From the IMG/VR virus record IMGVR_UViG_3300042328_001905: a DNA stretch of 64,000 nt; one strand, written 5' to 3'. The stretch's first letter is position 1. The number at the start of each line of letters is the position of its first letter. Both the position numbers and the translations under genes were made by a program. Origin of the DNA: an uncultured virus (IMG/VR IMGVR_UViG_3300042328_001905) (lineage: Duplodnaviria; Heunggongvirae; Uroviricota; Caudoviricetes). The notes under the pieces were generated by a model. It had not been told where the DNA came from. It did no database searches and was given only the letters and a program-made list of their open reading frames with translations. Of the stretch, positions 38,735 to 49,468 are shown in pieces.

Positions 38735-41452
38735 TTATAAAACGTTATAGAGTATAATATTATTTGATATCAATTGCTTTTCAATTGAAATGTTAAATAA
38801 ATTGTCAAAATTTCCAAATTGATATTGTTGAGTATTTGATAAATATAGAATATTATTTGATATGTTAATAATTTTATCTGTAGTATTTCCTATTGAAATA
38901 GTATCATTTATTGATATAAATGTATTTATCGAATATTTATCTTCTGGGTAATTTTCTTGTACAACAATAACTGTATTCGAGTTAGAATATCCTCTAAAAA
39001 CATTAGGGAAAATATATTGGATATTATTTTCAATAGTAATAATATCGTTTAATAAGTCTACTGCTGTTATAGTTGAATACACATTCATATTATTTGTTGT
39101 GATAATAGCAATTTTTGTGTTAGTTGCAACATTACTTGATGCAGCAGTTCCCCAAGATTCGTCTCCCCAAGATTCGTCTCCCCAGCCAGATTCAACAGAT
39201 AAATAAAATGTATTTGAATAAATTGTATTTGAATTTCGTAGAGTTAACTCAATCCCAGAAGAATTATTTGATTGATAAATTAACGAACTCGTATTTATTG
39301 AGAGTTGTGAATTTGATTTTAATAAATTTTTTGGAACAAGTCTTGTTCCAGTTGGGTGTACTAAGTTGGTTATTACGTCTTTATATGAATCATAATTTTT
39401 TTCTGCAGAAATAATGTATGTTGTCGAATTATAAATATCATTTTGTAAAACTGAGTGCCCAGATAATTGTCCGTCAGAATTGATATATCTTCCTTCGTCA
39501 AATATTAACCCATCATAAAATTTTGCTGTCGCTTTTGCGGAACCATCTCCATAAATCTTAATGCCATTTTTAAATGTTGAATTCGTGTAAGATGATTCGA
39601 AAGTTAACGCAGTGATATTTTTTTGTTTATCGTATAATTTCAGTTCTGATAAATATGATACAGCGCCAATATAATCATAAACCCTAACTGCAAAAATATC
39701 ATCTGTTGGTGTATCTAGGCTTTTTTTATCAATATTTGTTATTGAATCAATATAAGCAAAAAACGTAGGAGTTTCAAATTCACCTTGAAAAATAATCCCA
39801 TCAGTAAAATTTAACTCGCTAATATCGCTGACAACAATATCTTGAATTCTCAAAGAAACATTGGGGGTTGAAATATAATCTTCACCATTACCTATAAGAG
39901 AAATTTTTGTTATTGCTCCGATTCTATCTGTTTCTAATGTATATTCCGCTCCAGTTCCCATAATACTCGGAATGATCAATGAGGCATTTGATCCTGTTGC
40001 TGAAGTAATATTTACAATAGGTAAATTAGAATTCTTATATCCCATTCCACCAAGAGCATATGGAGTATTTGTATTTTGATAATATTCAACTCCTGTTATT
40101 GCGCCACCTGAGCCGATTGAAGAAATTCTTGCAAAAGCAAAATCTCCGTCTCCTCCGTTAATTGTTAACATATCATTGGCAGAATAATTTTCCCCTGCAT
40201 TAATTATTTGAATAGGTGCTAAAATACCAAATTCAGTTAAATTTTGTTGGGCATTATTGACTGTTAGAAGAGATTGGATATCTAAAGTTGGGGGCGTATC
40301 ATATCCTCCGCCTCCATTATTTACTAAAATGCTAACAATTGGATATGTTACTAACGTTGTATATGTTAATGCGTTTAATAATGTTGTGTTGGCATTGGCA
40401 GAATTGGTGAAATTTAAATTATTATTCCCGATAATTGTTGATATATTATTTCCGATATAATCAGAAGCAATAAATGAAATAATACTTGAGTTTAATTCGT
40501 CAAGCAAACTTACTGTACAATTTGCAACAGTATCTACGTTTCCGCCGTAAATAACATCAACTTTGGAATTTGCTCCTTTTTGATACCCATACCCACCATC
40601 AACGATTATGACATTTCTTATTTGGCCTGATGTTACTTCTGAAATTTCAGCAATAGCTCCAATAGGATTGTCGATAATTTCATTGAACCCACCAGTAATA
40701 ATAACTGGGTCTCCAACTTTATATTTTTGCCCTCTTTTTTTACTATCTATAGTAATATTTGAAAGAGAACCTATTATTTTTGATGTTAGTAAAACTGCTC
40801 CTTCAGGAGGACCAACATTCGTATCGTAGTCGACATAATTTCCGTTTAAAAAATATACATCTTTGTTTTTATTATCGATAATTCTTATTTGTTCTCCGGA
40901 AAAATATACTCTTTCTATATCGCTTAAATAAATTTGAATATAATTTCCATTGATTTTACTTTTTTCAACAATACCAATAGTTTTTGATAGTTCCCCTAAA
41001 ACTCTAAAATTATTAATTTTTAAAAAATTTAAATCAAAAGATTTGATTTTTATAGATTTTGGAACTATCCATTTACCATCGCTTGCCCGTAAAACATATT
41101 CTCGTGTGGTAAAGATATCAATATTAATATCATATAAAGCTCTAAAAAGAAATTTAAATGAATCAGGAATACCTTTTGCTTTATATAATTCTTTGGCAAG
41201 TTTTATTAATTTTACTTTATCTGTTGCAATTTCATCAGGGAAATATGGTAAAAAATCTTGTTTAAAATAATCAATAAAATCCGCAAATCCATAATCAATA
41301 TCAAGTTTATCCCCAAAGCCCATAATATCATATGTATCATCAAACCACTCATAATATGCTGTAAAAAATTCTAAGAATCTTGAGTATGATGGGTCATCTT
41401 TTATATAAGATGGTATTTTTGATTCAAGTATTGTAGAGTAACGATTTGACAT
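38735..41452 (-). CDS. gp7: baseplate wedge initiator (gp7-like)
   Basis: FLEFFTAYYEW, LYKAKGIPDSFKFLFRALY, LRASDGKW, LVHPTGT; between gp6 and gp8. Confidence 0.75.
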   Translation of the reverse strand: MSNRYSTILESKIPSYIKDDPSYSRFLEFFTAYYEWFDDTYDIMGFGDKLDIDYGFADFIDYFKQDFLPYFPDEIATDKVKLIKLAKELYKAKGIPDSFKFLFRALYDINIDIFTTREYVLRASDGKWIVPKSIKIKSFDLNFLKINNFRVLGELSKTIGIVEKSKINGNYIQIYLSDIERVYFSGEQIRIIDNKNKDVYFLNGNYVDYDTNVGPPEGAVLLTSKIIGSLSNITIDSKKRGQKYKVGDPVIITGGFNEIIDNPIGAIAEISEVTSGQIRNVIIVDGGYGYQKGANSKVDVIYGGNVDTVANCTVSLLDELNSSIISFIASDYIGNNISTIIGNNNLNFTNSANANTTLLNALTYTTLVTYPIVSILVNNGGGGYDTPPTLDIQSLLTVNNAQQNLTEFGILAPIQIINAGENYSANDMLTINGGDGDFAFARISSIGSGGAITGVEYYQNTNTPYALGGMGYKNSNLPIVNITSATGSNASLIIPSIMGTGAEYTLETDRIGAITKISLIGNGEDYISTPNVSLRIQDIVVSDISELNFTDGIIFQGEFETPTFFAYIDSITNIDKKSLDTPTDDIFAVRVYDYIGAVSYLSELKLYDKQKNITALTFESSYTNSTFKNGIKIYGDGSAKATAKFYDGLIFDEGRYINSDGQLSGHSVLQNDIYNSTTYIISAEKNYDSYKDVITNLVHPTGTRLVPKNLLKSNSQLSINTSSLIYQSNNSSGIELTLRNSNTIYSNTFYLSVESGWGDESWGDESWGTAASSNVATNTKIAIITTNNMNVYSTITAVDLLNDIITIENNIQYIFPNVFRGYSNSNTVIVVQENYPEDKYSINTFISINDTISIGNTTDKIINISNNILYLSNTQQYQFGNFDNLFNISIEKQLISNNIILYNVL
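39150..39184. repeat. 15-bp tandem repeat encoding WGDES repeats in gp7
   Basis: CCCCAAGATTCGTCT x2 plus CCCCA. Confidence 0.85.
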
Positions 41453-43495
41453 TTAGGTTTTCGCTTGTACATTTAATACGATTGCTGAATCATCCATCAT
41501 ATCCAGCGTTATGATTTTATCCTTGGTTGAATAAAATATAGTTGATTCGGGAATAATTGTAATTGACATATACCCTAATAAATTATTTATTTGGTATGGG
41601 GTAAAGTTATTTATTTTAACTATACCTGTTGCGTAATTTATTTCGCCAATATTTTCTTGTGAAATAATTTTAATACCATTATTATAATAAAAACTTCTTA
41701 GCGTGACAACATTCCCACTAAATTGCGGAACAAGCAATGCCCCTGAACCTCCGCCCCCAGAAACAGCAACAACTGCTTGGGTGTAATTTTTGCCTGGGTT
41801 AATTACTTTGATATTTGTTAATTTTCCGTTTGTTACCTCAGCAATAGCTGTTGCTCCAGTTCCATCCCCATAAATTGTTATTGTTGGAACTGAGGTGAAA
41901 CCAGAACCCTCTGTCACAATTTCAATCGATTCAATTACATTATAAGTTGTTGGTGATTCTTCAATTAATACATTTTTAATAATATTATTAGATACTAGAT
42001 CAACAATATCAAAAAATCCGCTAGTCAATGAACCTTTTTTAATTGCAGTACTAAAATCTAATGTAAATGAATTTGTTGTATTAAATATTGGTAAAAATCT
42101 TTTTTGTAATGAGATAGTTGATTCTGATGTTATAATTGATTTATCTGTATTCTTAATTGTGGTAATCAAATCAGGTAAGATAAACGAAGAATCAAATGTA
42201 TTTAAAGTTTTTTCGCAAAAACTTAAAATAGAAAGTTTTAATAAATTTTTTAATGCTACTGAATCAAATATTGATTGATTTTTATTGAACAAAATATTTG
42301 ACGCGATTTTAATAAATGTATAATCAATATCTACTATTTCTGGTGTGACAGTAATAACCCCGAAAGGTTTAATATATTCGTTAATTAACCTATATTTTTG
42401 GGAAGCTGTTATACTATAACCACCAACAGGTTTTATGCATATAAACATTTTCCCATATTGGGGGTGATCCATTTCTTCCCCTCCCCAAACATTTACTGCT
42501 TGAATAGGTACAATTTGGTTATCTCTTTTTAATAATTCTAAATAGTCGCTTTTTGTTACAGCCCTATTCTGAGAAGCGTATGCTTTAGGTGCAGCATATT
42601 TGATGGAGGATATAGATTCTTTTTCTAATCCACCTGTAGCAACTTGAGTAGCTTCAATAATCGTGCCGGAATATGTTCCGATTTTATCCATCAAAGTAAA
42701 TTTATAAGCACCATTAGGTGCGCTACCTTTTGTAGTTAGATATTCAACTGTGATAACATTACCTGTAGTTAATGTTTTTCCAAGAATACCATCACCGAAA
42801 TAAATTTGATATTTTCCATCTAATGATTCTTGTAAAAAGTAAACTTGTGTGGTGTTATCTAACAATAAATGAGATGTAGATAATTCAAATTTATTAAATG
42901 TTGTTGATTGACTACTATCATACACTAAAACAGATAAAGTTGTTGTATCAACGTCAGAATCAGGTAATGTAAATGTTAATGAAGGGTTTTGTATGGTATT
43001 TACCTGATAGGTGTATCTTACAGGTTGGCCTTGATATATTTTTACGCCATTAAATTGAGCAGAATTATTAACAGTTGTAACAGTTACTTCTTCTAATGTA
43101 ACAAATGGATAATTAACGTTGTCAATAGCATGAGAGTAAAATTTAGTATATTTTGGGATTGTAAAATTCGGAGAAGTGGTCCCATTAAATTTTACATTGA
43201 TAACAGCAGTAGCTGCTCTGGGAGAAGAAGGGGTATAATTTAATAATTTTGCATGAGAAATTACAGAACCTCGTTTTACAGAAGTATCTAAAAACATTTC
43301 ATTGGCAACCATATTTAAATAATAAGCATTATAATGTGTATTATACGCTAAAATATCTAATACTTGAGAAATAACAGACCCTTCAAAATCATAATCGTTG
43401 AATTTGTCTTGACCTTTTAAATATTGTTTAAAATTATATTTGATTTGATCAAAATCTAATTCTGCTATATTTAGTGATGAGTTGGCTGTGGCCAT
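41453..43495 (-). CDS. gp6: baseplate wedge subunit
   Basis: LDFDQIK, DYDFEGS, LAYNTHYNA, FGDGILG, QNRAVT..DY, VWGGE. Confidence 0.95.
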   Translation of the reverse strand: MATANSSLNIAELDFDQIKYNFKQYLKGQDKFNDYDFEGSVISQVLDILAYNTHYNAYYLNMVANEMFLDTSVKRGSVISHAKLLNYTPSSPRAATAVINVKFNGTTSPNFTIPKYTKFYSHAIDNVNYPFVTLEEVTVTTVNNSAQFNGVKIYQGQPVRYTYQVNTIQNPSLTFTLPDSDVDTTTLSVLVYDSSQSTTFNKFELSTSHLLLDNTTQVYFLQESLDGKYQIYFGDGILGKTLTTGNVITVEYLTTKGSAPNGAYKFTLMDKIGTYSGTIIEATQVATGGLEKESISSIKYAAPKAYASQNRAVTKSDYLELLKRDNQIVPIQAVNVWGGEEMDHPQYGKMFICIKPVGGYSITASQKYRLINEYIKPFGVITVTPEIVDIDYTFIKIASNILFNKNQSIFDSVALKNLLKLSILSFCEKTLNTFDSSFILPDLITTIKNTDKSIITSESTISLQKRFLPIFNTTNSFTLDFSTAIKKGSLTSGFFDIVDLVSNNIIKNVLIEESPTTYNVIESIEIVTEGSGFTSVPTITIYGDGTGATAIAEVTNGKLTNIKVINPGKNYTQAVVAVSGGGGSGALLVPQFSGNVVTLRSFYYNNGIKIISQENIGEINYATGIVKINNFTPYQINNLLGYMSITIIPESTIFYSTKDKIITLDMMDDSAIVLNVQAKT

Positions 43496-43530
43496 GTTTT
43501 CCCCTAATTCTTTTTCTTATTAGTTATTAT

Positions 43531-43929
43531 TTATCTTAATCTAGATAAAATAAAATCTGCTGTAAATGGTTGTACTAAATTTTCTATATAAAATGTAATA
43601 GTAACTTGATATGAATTGTAATCTGGTAATCCTATTACATTAACTTTTTCCAAAGAAACACGCGGTTCATAATTTTTTATGACAAATTCTACTTCTTTGG
43701 TTAAAGCAGATGCTGTCATAGGAGACAACGGTTCAAACAATAATCTTCTAATATTTGATCCATAATCAGGATTAAATGGTTTTTCATTATGATTTGTTAA
43801 TAAAAGATTTTTTAGAGCTCTGACAACAGCAAATTCTCCTGTTGTTATCATTAAATCTTGTTTTGCTGGATGCGGATTAAATGTTAAATCTAAATCCGAA
43901 TAACCGCTGTAATTTTTTATTGTGCTCAT
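43531..43929 (-). CDS. gp25: baseplate wedge subunit
   Basis: YSDLDLTF, EKPFNPDYGSNIRRLLFE, NYEPRV. Confidence 0.93.
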   Translation of the reverse strand: MSTIKNYSGYSDLDLTFNPHPAKQDLMITTGEFAVVRALKNLLLTNHNEKPFNPDYGSNIRRLLFEPLSPMTASALTKEVEFVIKNYEPRVSLEKVNVIGLPDYNSYQVTITFYIENLVQPFTADFILSRLR

Positions 43930-43930
43930 A

Positions 43931-44953
43931 TTAGTTTAAATTTATAGTTGAACCTTTAATTGTAGTAGCACCAGAACTTATCTGATTGAGAGTATTTGTT
44001 ACTGTTGTTGACATACTTTTACCTACAGTAAGTTTATAATCCCCTTTAATATTAGCAATATAATCTCCATCAACAGTTAATGTACAATTTTGTTTAACAT
44101 AAACTTTTGCGTCTCCTTGAACTGTTATATTACATTTACCCATAATATAAACATTATCATCTTTCATTACAATAGTATATTTATCTTTAACAACTTTATC
44201 TACTTGAGTACCTGTTGGGTGTATTTCAGAAAATGTTCCAGATCTATGGTACAAATGAGTTCTTTCTGATCCAGGAGTATCATCCAATTCAAAATAATGA
44301 CCAGATTCAGTACTAATTACCTGATTATATGGATATTTTGAATTATATGGTGTTTTTGGTTCAACCCAATTATTATTTGTACCGTCAGGAACAGTAACAA
44401 CAGAATCCAATTTAGTTTTAACTATTGTTTCAGATATACCTTCATTTCTTGATAGACGGCTTGTTGTTGGTTCGTTTAATCTAAACGGGAAATTATTAGC
44501 TTGCGGTGTTTCTTCAATTACAACTCCAGTTCCATCAGATTTATATGTTATAGATTTAACTTTTCTTGGTGCTGATTGTAATTCTGCATCTGTTCGTGGA
44601 TCATTAAACCCAGTTTCTCTGTCTGGTGTATCTTCCGGTATACCATGAAAAGCCCCCATTATAATAGGAAATTGTGCGCCATCTCCATCCATAAAAAATC
44701 CCATAACCATATCACCTTCTCTTAATGTTGATGGAGTTGAATATGAATTATTAGTTGGATATAACGGTTGAGCCCATGGTAAGGATTCAGTTGAAACTTT
44801 TGTTTTAGTGTTATCGTGTAAACCTTTTATTCTGACTTGACATCGACCAACATTCAATGGATCCATTCTACTTTCAATAGTACCTAGCCACCAAACAAAT
44901 CCATCATGACCCAAAAAATTAGATCTTCTTGAATTATTAAATTCAGTTGTCAT
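43931..44953 (-). CDS. gp5: baseplate central spike (no lysozyme domain)
   Basis: WWLGTIESRMDPLNVGRCQVRI OB-fold, YPYNQV..ESGHYFELDDTPGSER, beta-helix end; start MTTEF at 44953. Confidence 0.9.
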   Translation of the reverse strand: MTTEFNNSRRSNFLGHDGFVWWLGTIESRMDPLNVGRCQVRIKGLHDNTKTKVSTESLPWAQPLYPTNNSYSTPSTLREGDMVMGFFMDGDGAQFPIIMGAFHGIPEDTPDRETGFNDPRTDAELQSAPRKVKSITYKSDGTGVVIEETPQANNFPFRLNEPTTSRLSRNEGISETIVKTKLDSVVTVPDGTNNNWVEPKTPYNSKYPYNQVISTESGHYFELDDTPGSERTHLYHRSGTFSEIHPTGTQVDKVVKDKYTIVMKDDNVYIMGKCNITVQGDAKVYVKQNCTLTVDGDYIANIKGDYKLTVGKSMSTTVTNTLNQISSGATTIKGSTINLN

Positions 44954-46302
44954 CTTACACCTTTCCACGCAGGATTATTATTATCATATGAGCCAAAATC
45001 ATTAGGAAACGATTCTTTACAAATTTCTAAACATGTAAAAAAATGATTTTCTTGATTTATTAAATGTCTTACTGCTGTAACAAGATATTTACCAGAATAA
45101 AATTTATCAGTTTGTTTTTGACCTGTTGTAGAATTTGAAACAATCTCAGGCAAATCAAACTGTATTACTTTTCCGACACTTAATTCAACATCACCAGGAA
45201 CTAAAATTTTTAATCTATTTGTAAATAATAATGCTAATTGCGCTGTTCTGTGTGAAACGGTTTCTTCTACTCTATTCTCATTAACAGTTATTTCTTTATT
45301 TTTAAAATATAAATTTTCACTTTGACCAGTAGAAGTCACGCAAAATTTAATTACTCCTGGAGTTTCATCTATTTTATCTCCGAATCTATTCGTTGCTGAA
45401 TATGGAACCCCAGATGCATCTAATGATGCAGAATTTTTTTTATATTCTTTGTAATCAAAATTAGATTCACCAAATTTTAATCTAAGTGGGTCTACAGTAT
45501 GAGTTTTATTTGACAACGCACCAGTTCTAACTGCCGATATAGAATCAAACGAATTAACCAATTCAAACGAAATCACATTAACAAATTCTTTATTAATATC
45601 AGACACCATTTCATTTTGCTTAGATTTTAAATTTTTCTCGTCGTATTGATATTTTTTAAATATTGGTTGTTTAAATAAATTTAAAATTGATTTAAAATTA
45701 AACCCATCTCTATTTTCATAAAACAAATAAGGTGATCCAACATTTTTATTATCATTAGCTAGTGCAAAAGTACACAACCAATTAATAGCTTGTATTGGTT
45801 TAAAATTAGGAACAACAAGAGATCTTAATCCAGAAGTTTCGTCGATATTTGTAAAATCTTTTTGTTCAATTTTTAGCGAATTAAACGCAATATCTTTTAC
45901 TATATCAGAAATTTTAATATTTGTATAAGATTTTGATAATTTATATTGTTCATTTAACATAAATTCTTCAGAACAAAAATGAATAATATAATTTTCGTTT
46001 GTATTTTTTGTTTGAGTTCTATTGCTGATTTTATAAATCCTAAAGTTTTTTTCAATAGGATTATCAAGACCAGGTTTATCTAATGATAATATTAAAATTT
46101 CTTGACCTTGTAATTGCAATATTTGAATATAATTCATAGAATCATTAACAATTAATGCACCGCTAATTCCATTATTAAATATATCTTCAAAATAATTAAA
46201 TTCAACAATAATATTTTTAAATTCAATCGGTTGCCCACCTGCTCCAACTATTTTACAAGAGCGTAACCCGACATCTTGAGCATGTAAAACGCCATCAGAC
46301 AT
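44950..46302 (-). CDS. baseplate hub protein (gp27-like)
   Basis: FEDIFNNGISG, LFYENRDGFNFKS, VPGDVELSVGKVI, SGKYLVTAVRH; between gp53 and gp5. Confidence 0.75.
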   Translation of the reverse strand: MSDGVLHAQDVGLRSCKIVGAGGQPIEFKNIIVEFNYFEDIFNNGISGALIVNDSMNYIQILQLQGQEILILSLDKPGLDNPIEKNFRIYKISNRTQTKNTNENYIIHFCSEEFMLNEQYKLSKSYTNIKISDIVKDIAFNSLKIEQKDFTNIDETSGLRSLVVPNFKPIQAINWLCTFALANDNKNVGSPYLFYENRDGFNFKSILNLFKQPIFKKYQYDEKNLKSKQNEMVSDINKEFVNVISFELVNSFDSISAVRTGALSNKTHTVDPLRLKFGESNFDYKEYKKNSASLDASGVPYSATNRFGDKIDETPGVIKFCVTSTGQSENLYFKNKEITVNENRVEETVSHRTAQLALLFTNRLKILVPGDVELSVGKVIQFDLPEIVSNSTTGQKQTDKFYSGKYLVTAVRHLINQENHFFTCLEICKESFPNDFGSYDNNNPAWKGVR

Positions 46303-46954
46303 ATTGTTCCCTCATCAAAACTTTTAATTCTGTTTCAAGTTGATTGGCATATTCTTTTCTAATCAATTTAATTTCTCGTTTAGCTTCATTTAATTCCGAT
46401 TCATAATCGTAAATTGATATTTGTTCTTTAGTTATCGTTACAGTAATATTATCTGCTTGTGCTGTTGAGTCTGCAAAATTAAATGTATCATCATCGTAAC
46501 CATTAACACCGCCATTATATGCTTTTTGATCGATATAAATTGTTTCTGTTGTTGAAACGCCACTTATATTATCTGTTGTTGTTATATGAGATCTATAACC
46601 AAGAGGATTTATATTGATTGTCGCACTAGCATATTCAGAACCAGTAATATTTAATGCTGCTCCTTGTTCTGCATATTTTTGATCAAGCATTTTATTGAAT
46701 TCAATATAAGATAAAGGAAAATCAAAAAATGGGTTGATAATATCATTTGCTAATAACACTATCCAATGTTTTTCTGCGTCACCATAATATTTAAATGCAA
46801 TTAATTCGGGAGTATCTCCTTCTTGTAATTGGTATGGGTAAAATATAGATAATCTATCTGAATATTTATCTCTAATGGCTGTTCTAGCTATTAGATCAGT
46901 AACTAAACGATTGTTTATTAATAATTTTGGGTATTTTGAGAAAAAATTTGCCAT
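46295..46954 (-). CDS. gp53: baseplate wedge subunit
   Basis: FFSKYP, GDTPELIAFKYYG..HWIVLLAN, YDYESELNEAKREIKL. Confidence 0.92.
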   Translation of the reverse strand: MANFFSKYPKLLINNRLVTDLIARTAIRDKYSDRLSIFYPYQLQEGDTPELIAFKYYGDAEKHWIVLLANDIINPFFDFPLSYIEFNKMLDQKYAEQGAALNITGSEYASATININPLGYRSHITTTDNISGVSTTETIYIDQKAYNGGVNGYDDDTFNFADSTAQADNITVTITKEQISIYDYESELNEAKREIKLIRKEYANQLETELKVLMREQYV

Positions 46955-46956
46955 AA

Positions 46957-48348
46957 TTAATAACCTTCTGAAATTCGTTCTTTTGTTAAAATTTCCATTT
47001 CTTTGAATTGCAACGTCACACGTGTTTTAACTGGCATGCCATCATTATGCGCAACCCAACCAACTTCCGGTGCATAATCAACCATTACAGAAGTTAATGC
47101 ACAGGGTGCGAATTTATGTAAATTTTCATTTCTTTGCTCTAAATATCTGTATTCAATATTGAATACAGATGGGACAATAAAATATCTCCCTGTACCGGAA
47201 TTGTCAATTTCAGGAGCAGAATGATATCTAAACATTTTAATAATCTCTCTCACAGTAGCTGCTTCTTCTGGGCTTTTTGGTGTAAATGTAAAATCAAATT
47301 GAAATGTTCTAAAATTCATAGAAGTAAATAATACTTCCATCTGTGGGTTTATTGCTGTATTTTTTTGCCCCAACATATATTGAGTAAAACCTCCGCCTGT
47401 CACACCAAGCCCTGATGAAACATTACCCAAAATTTCTGTTGCAACAGGTGGAGCCGCTGCACCAACATTTCTGATAGTTTGGCTTAAACCTGAACTTTCC
47501 TTACTTGCTTTTTCGGCTGCATCTAATAAAGAACTGTAATTTTTACCTTGAGATATAACTTCTTGACCCATACCAAGTTGACCTGTCGCCTCAGTTACGT
47601 CTATATCAGCATAATTAGCTTGTTGATTTATATTAACTGTGTCTGGCATGTAAAGATTTATAAATCCTTGTATTTTTGATGTAGCGGGAGAATACAAAGT
47701 TTCTGCGCTATTGTCCATAAACCCTTCAATAGCAGCCTCGGCTGATGATAGTGCATTATCTACACCATTTAGATAATTTTTTACAGAATCATAAACACCA
47801 GAAATTGCTTTTGTTGGGTCTGAAATAAATTGGCCAACGCTATCTAATGTATCACCTATACCAGAAGCAATATTTGTTGCAGCAGAGATCCCAACAGTAG
47901 CTGCTGTGACACCACCAATAACTGATCCACCAGCTGTTGCTGCGACACCCGCAATTCCAGCAACTGATCCTACAACACTAGACGCAGTACCAACAACTGA
48001 ATTTACTGCGCTTACTGCTTGATTAGCAACACTTGCAACTGACCCAATTGTATCGGTTACAGCACTTGCAACACTAGAGATTGAACTAGCCGCTGAAGCA
48101 GCTTGAGTTGCTGCATTTCCTATTGAATTCATTGTAGAAGCAATTGAATCGGAAATACTAGAAGGTGGTGTAATTGAAACTGGGGAAGATGGATTTGCGA
48201 TATAATTTGATTTTTGCGGAACCATAACGGTAAATGAAATGTAATGACCCTTTCTAGAAGAACCTAGATCATCAGGATATGTCAATATAGGTAAATCGTT
48301 TACCGATTTATATAAATCTTGTAATGGGCTTGGCATAAATTTTATCAA
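46957..48348 (-). CDS. gp48: baseplate tail-tube cap with low-complexity insertion
   Basis: LTYPDDL, LYMP, NPQMEVLF..FRTFQFDFTFTPKS..EA, LQFKEMEILT; true start may be 48336; late promoter at 48374-48381. Confidence 0.85.
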   Translation of the reverse strand: MIKFMPSPLQDLYKSVNDLPILTYPDDLGSSRKGHYISFTVMVPQKSNYIANPSSPVSITPPSSISDSIASTMNSIGNAATQAASAASSISSVASAVTDTIGSVASVANQAVSAVNSVVGTASSVVGSVAGIAGVAATAGGSVIGGVTAATVGISAATNIASGIGDTLDSVGQFISDPTKAISGVYDSVKNYLNGVDNALSSAEAAIEGFMDNSAETLYSPATSKIQGFINLYMPDTVNINQQANYADIDVTEATGQLGMGQEVISQGKNYSSLLDAAEKASKESSGLSQTIRNVGAAAPPVATEILGNVSSGLGVTGGGFTQYMLGQKNTAINPQMEVLFTSMNFRTFQFDFTFTPKSPEEAATVREIIKMFRYHSAPEIDNSGTGRYFIVPSVFNIEYRYLEQRNENLHKFAPCALTSVMVDYAPEVGWVAHNDGMPVKTRVTLQFKEMEILTKERISEGY

Positions 48349-48406
48349 CTATTTTTTAATTTTAACTAAATACTATTTATATCAATAATTTGTAAAAAAT
48401 TAAATT

Positions 48407-48850
48407 ATGGCAAAAAATTATAAACAAGGAATTTATAATATAAAAAACCCGAGTAAATATAGGGGTAATGCTGCAAATATTGTTTATCGCAGTTCCTGGG
48501 AATTGAGAGTATTTAAATGGATGGATGATAACCCTAATATATTAGAATGGGCATCAGAAGAGTGTGTTATTCCATATAAATCTCCTGTCGATAATAAATT
48601 TCATAGATATTTTCCAGATATTTGGGCAAGGATATTAGGGGTTGATGGTAGAACTAAAACTTATTTAATTGAAATTAAACCTTATAACCAATCAATTGAA
48701 CCAGCAGTAAAAAAGAAAATAACAAAACAGTATATAACTGAAGTTTGTACATATGCAATAAATCAAGCAAAATGGAAAGCTGCTAGAGAATATTGTTTAG
48801 ACCGTAAATGGGAATTTAAAGTTTTAACAGAAAAAGACTTAGGATTATAA
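48407..48850 (+). CDS. gp4: head completion nuclease
   Basis: NPSKYRG, IVYRSSWE, WASEE, HRYFPD, IEIKP, NQAKWKAA. Confidence 0.93.
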   Translation: MAKNYKQGIYNIKNPSKYRGNAANIVYRSSWELRVFKWMDDNPNILEWASEECVIPYKSPVDNKFHRYFPDIWARILGVDGRTKTYLIEIKPYNQSIEPAVKKKITKQYITEVCTYAINQAKWKAAREYCLDRKWEFKVLTEKDLGL

Positions 48851-49456
48851 ATGGGATTAAATCTTAATTTTGATTACAAATTTAGTTTAAAAAATGTTAC
48901 TGAAGCCATAAAATGGTTTAAAGAACAAGTAAAGCATTTAAAGAAACCCACTGCTGATGAGATAAAAAATAATAAAATAAAACAGCAAGAATTATTAAAA
49001 AAAGGTACAAATACAACAAATAAATTTGAAGTTGGTAAAATGTACCTTTTCCATTATAATCCAAAAGGTAGAGAAAATTTAGAATATTATGATACATTTC
49101 CATTAATTTTATTAACCAGTATTAAACGTGATCGATTCACAGGATTAAATTTACATTATCTTCCTGTTGAACCAAGAATGATTTTATTAAGTAATTTATT
49201 AACAAAAGGTGTGTATAAAGATGGAGAACTAGAACGATTAAATATTAAATACGAAAATTTACAGGGTGTGCAACAATTTTCGTTTTTTGAACCCTGTTTT
49301 AAACAATATTTAACCAGTAACGTTCGTTCCGAAATAAAATTGATTCCACCTGAAGATTGGGGGTTTGCTGCTTCATTGCCTATTGAAGCATTTAAGAAAA
49401 AAACGAAACAATATGTTTGGAAAGAATCTATGGCAACACAAGATATGACACTTTAA
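48851..49456 (+). CDS. gp2: DNA end protector protein
   Basis: GKMYLFHYNPK, YYDTFPL, GLNLHYLP, CFKQYL. Confidence 0.9.
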   Translation: MGLNLNFDYKFSLKNVTEAIKWFKEQVKHLKKPTADEIKNNKIKQQELLKKGTNTTNKFEVGKMYLFHYNPKGRENLEYYDTFPLILLTSIKRDRFTGLNLHYLPVEPRMILLSNLLTKGVYKDGELERLNIKYENLQGVQQFSFFEPCFKQYLTSNVRSEIKLIPPEDWGFAASLPIEAFKKKTKQYVWKESMATQDMTL

Positions 49457-49468
49457 AAGGATACTATA

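Noticed and set aside
22489..40829. Many 60-110 aa ORFs antisense or out of frame within structural genes (e.g. 23865..24167, 33319..33630, 34676..35005)
   Set aside because: Fully nested in well-supported genes, with no RBS or recognisable motifs; shadow ORFs
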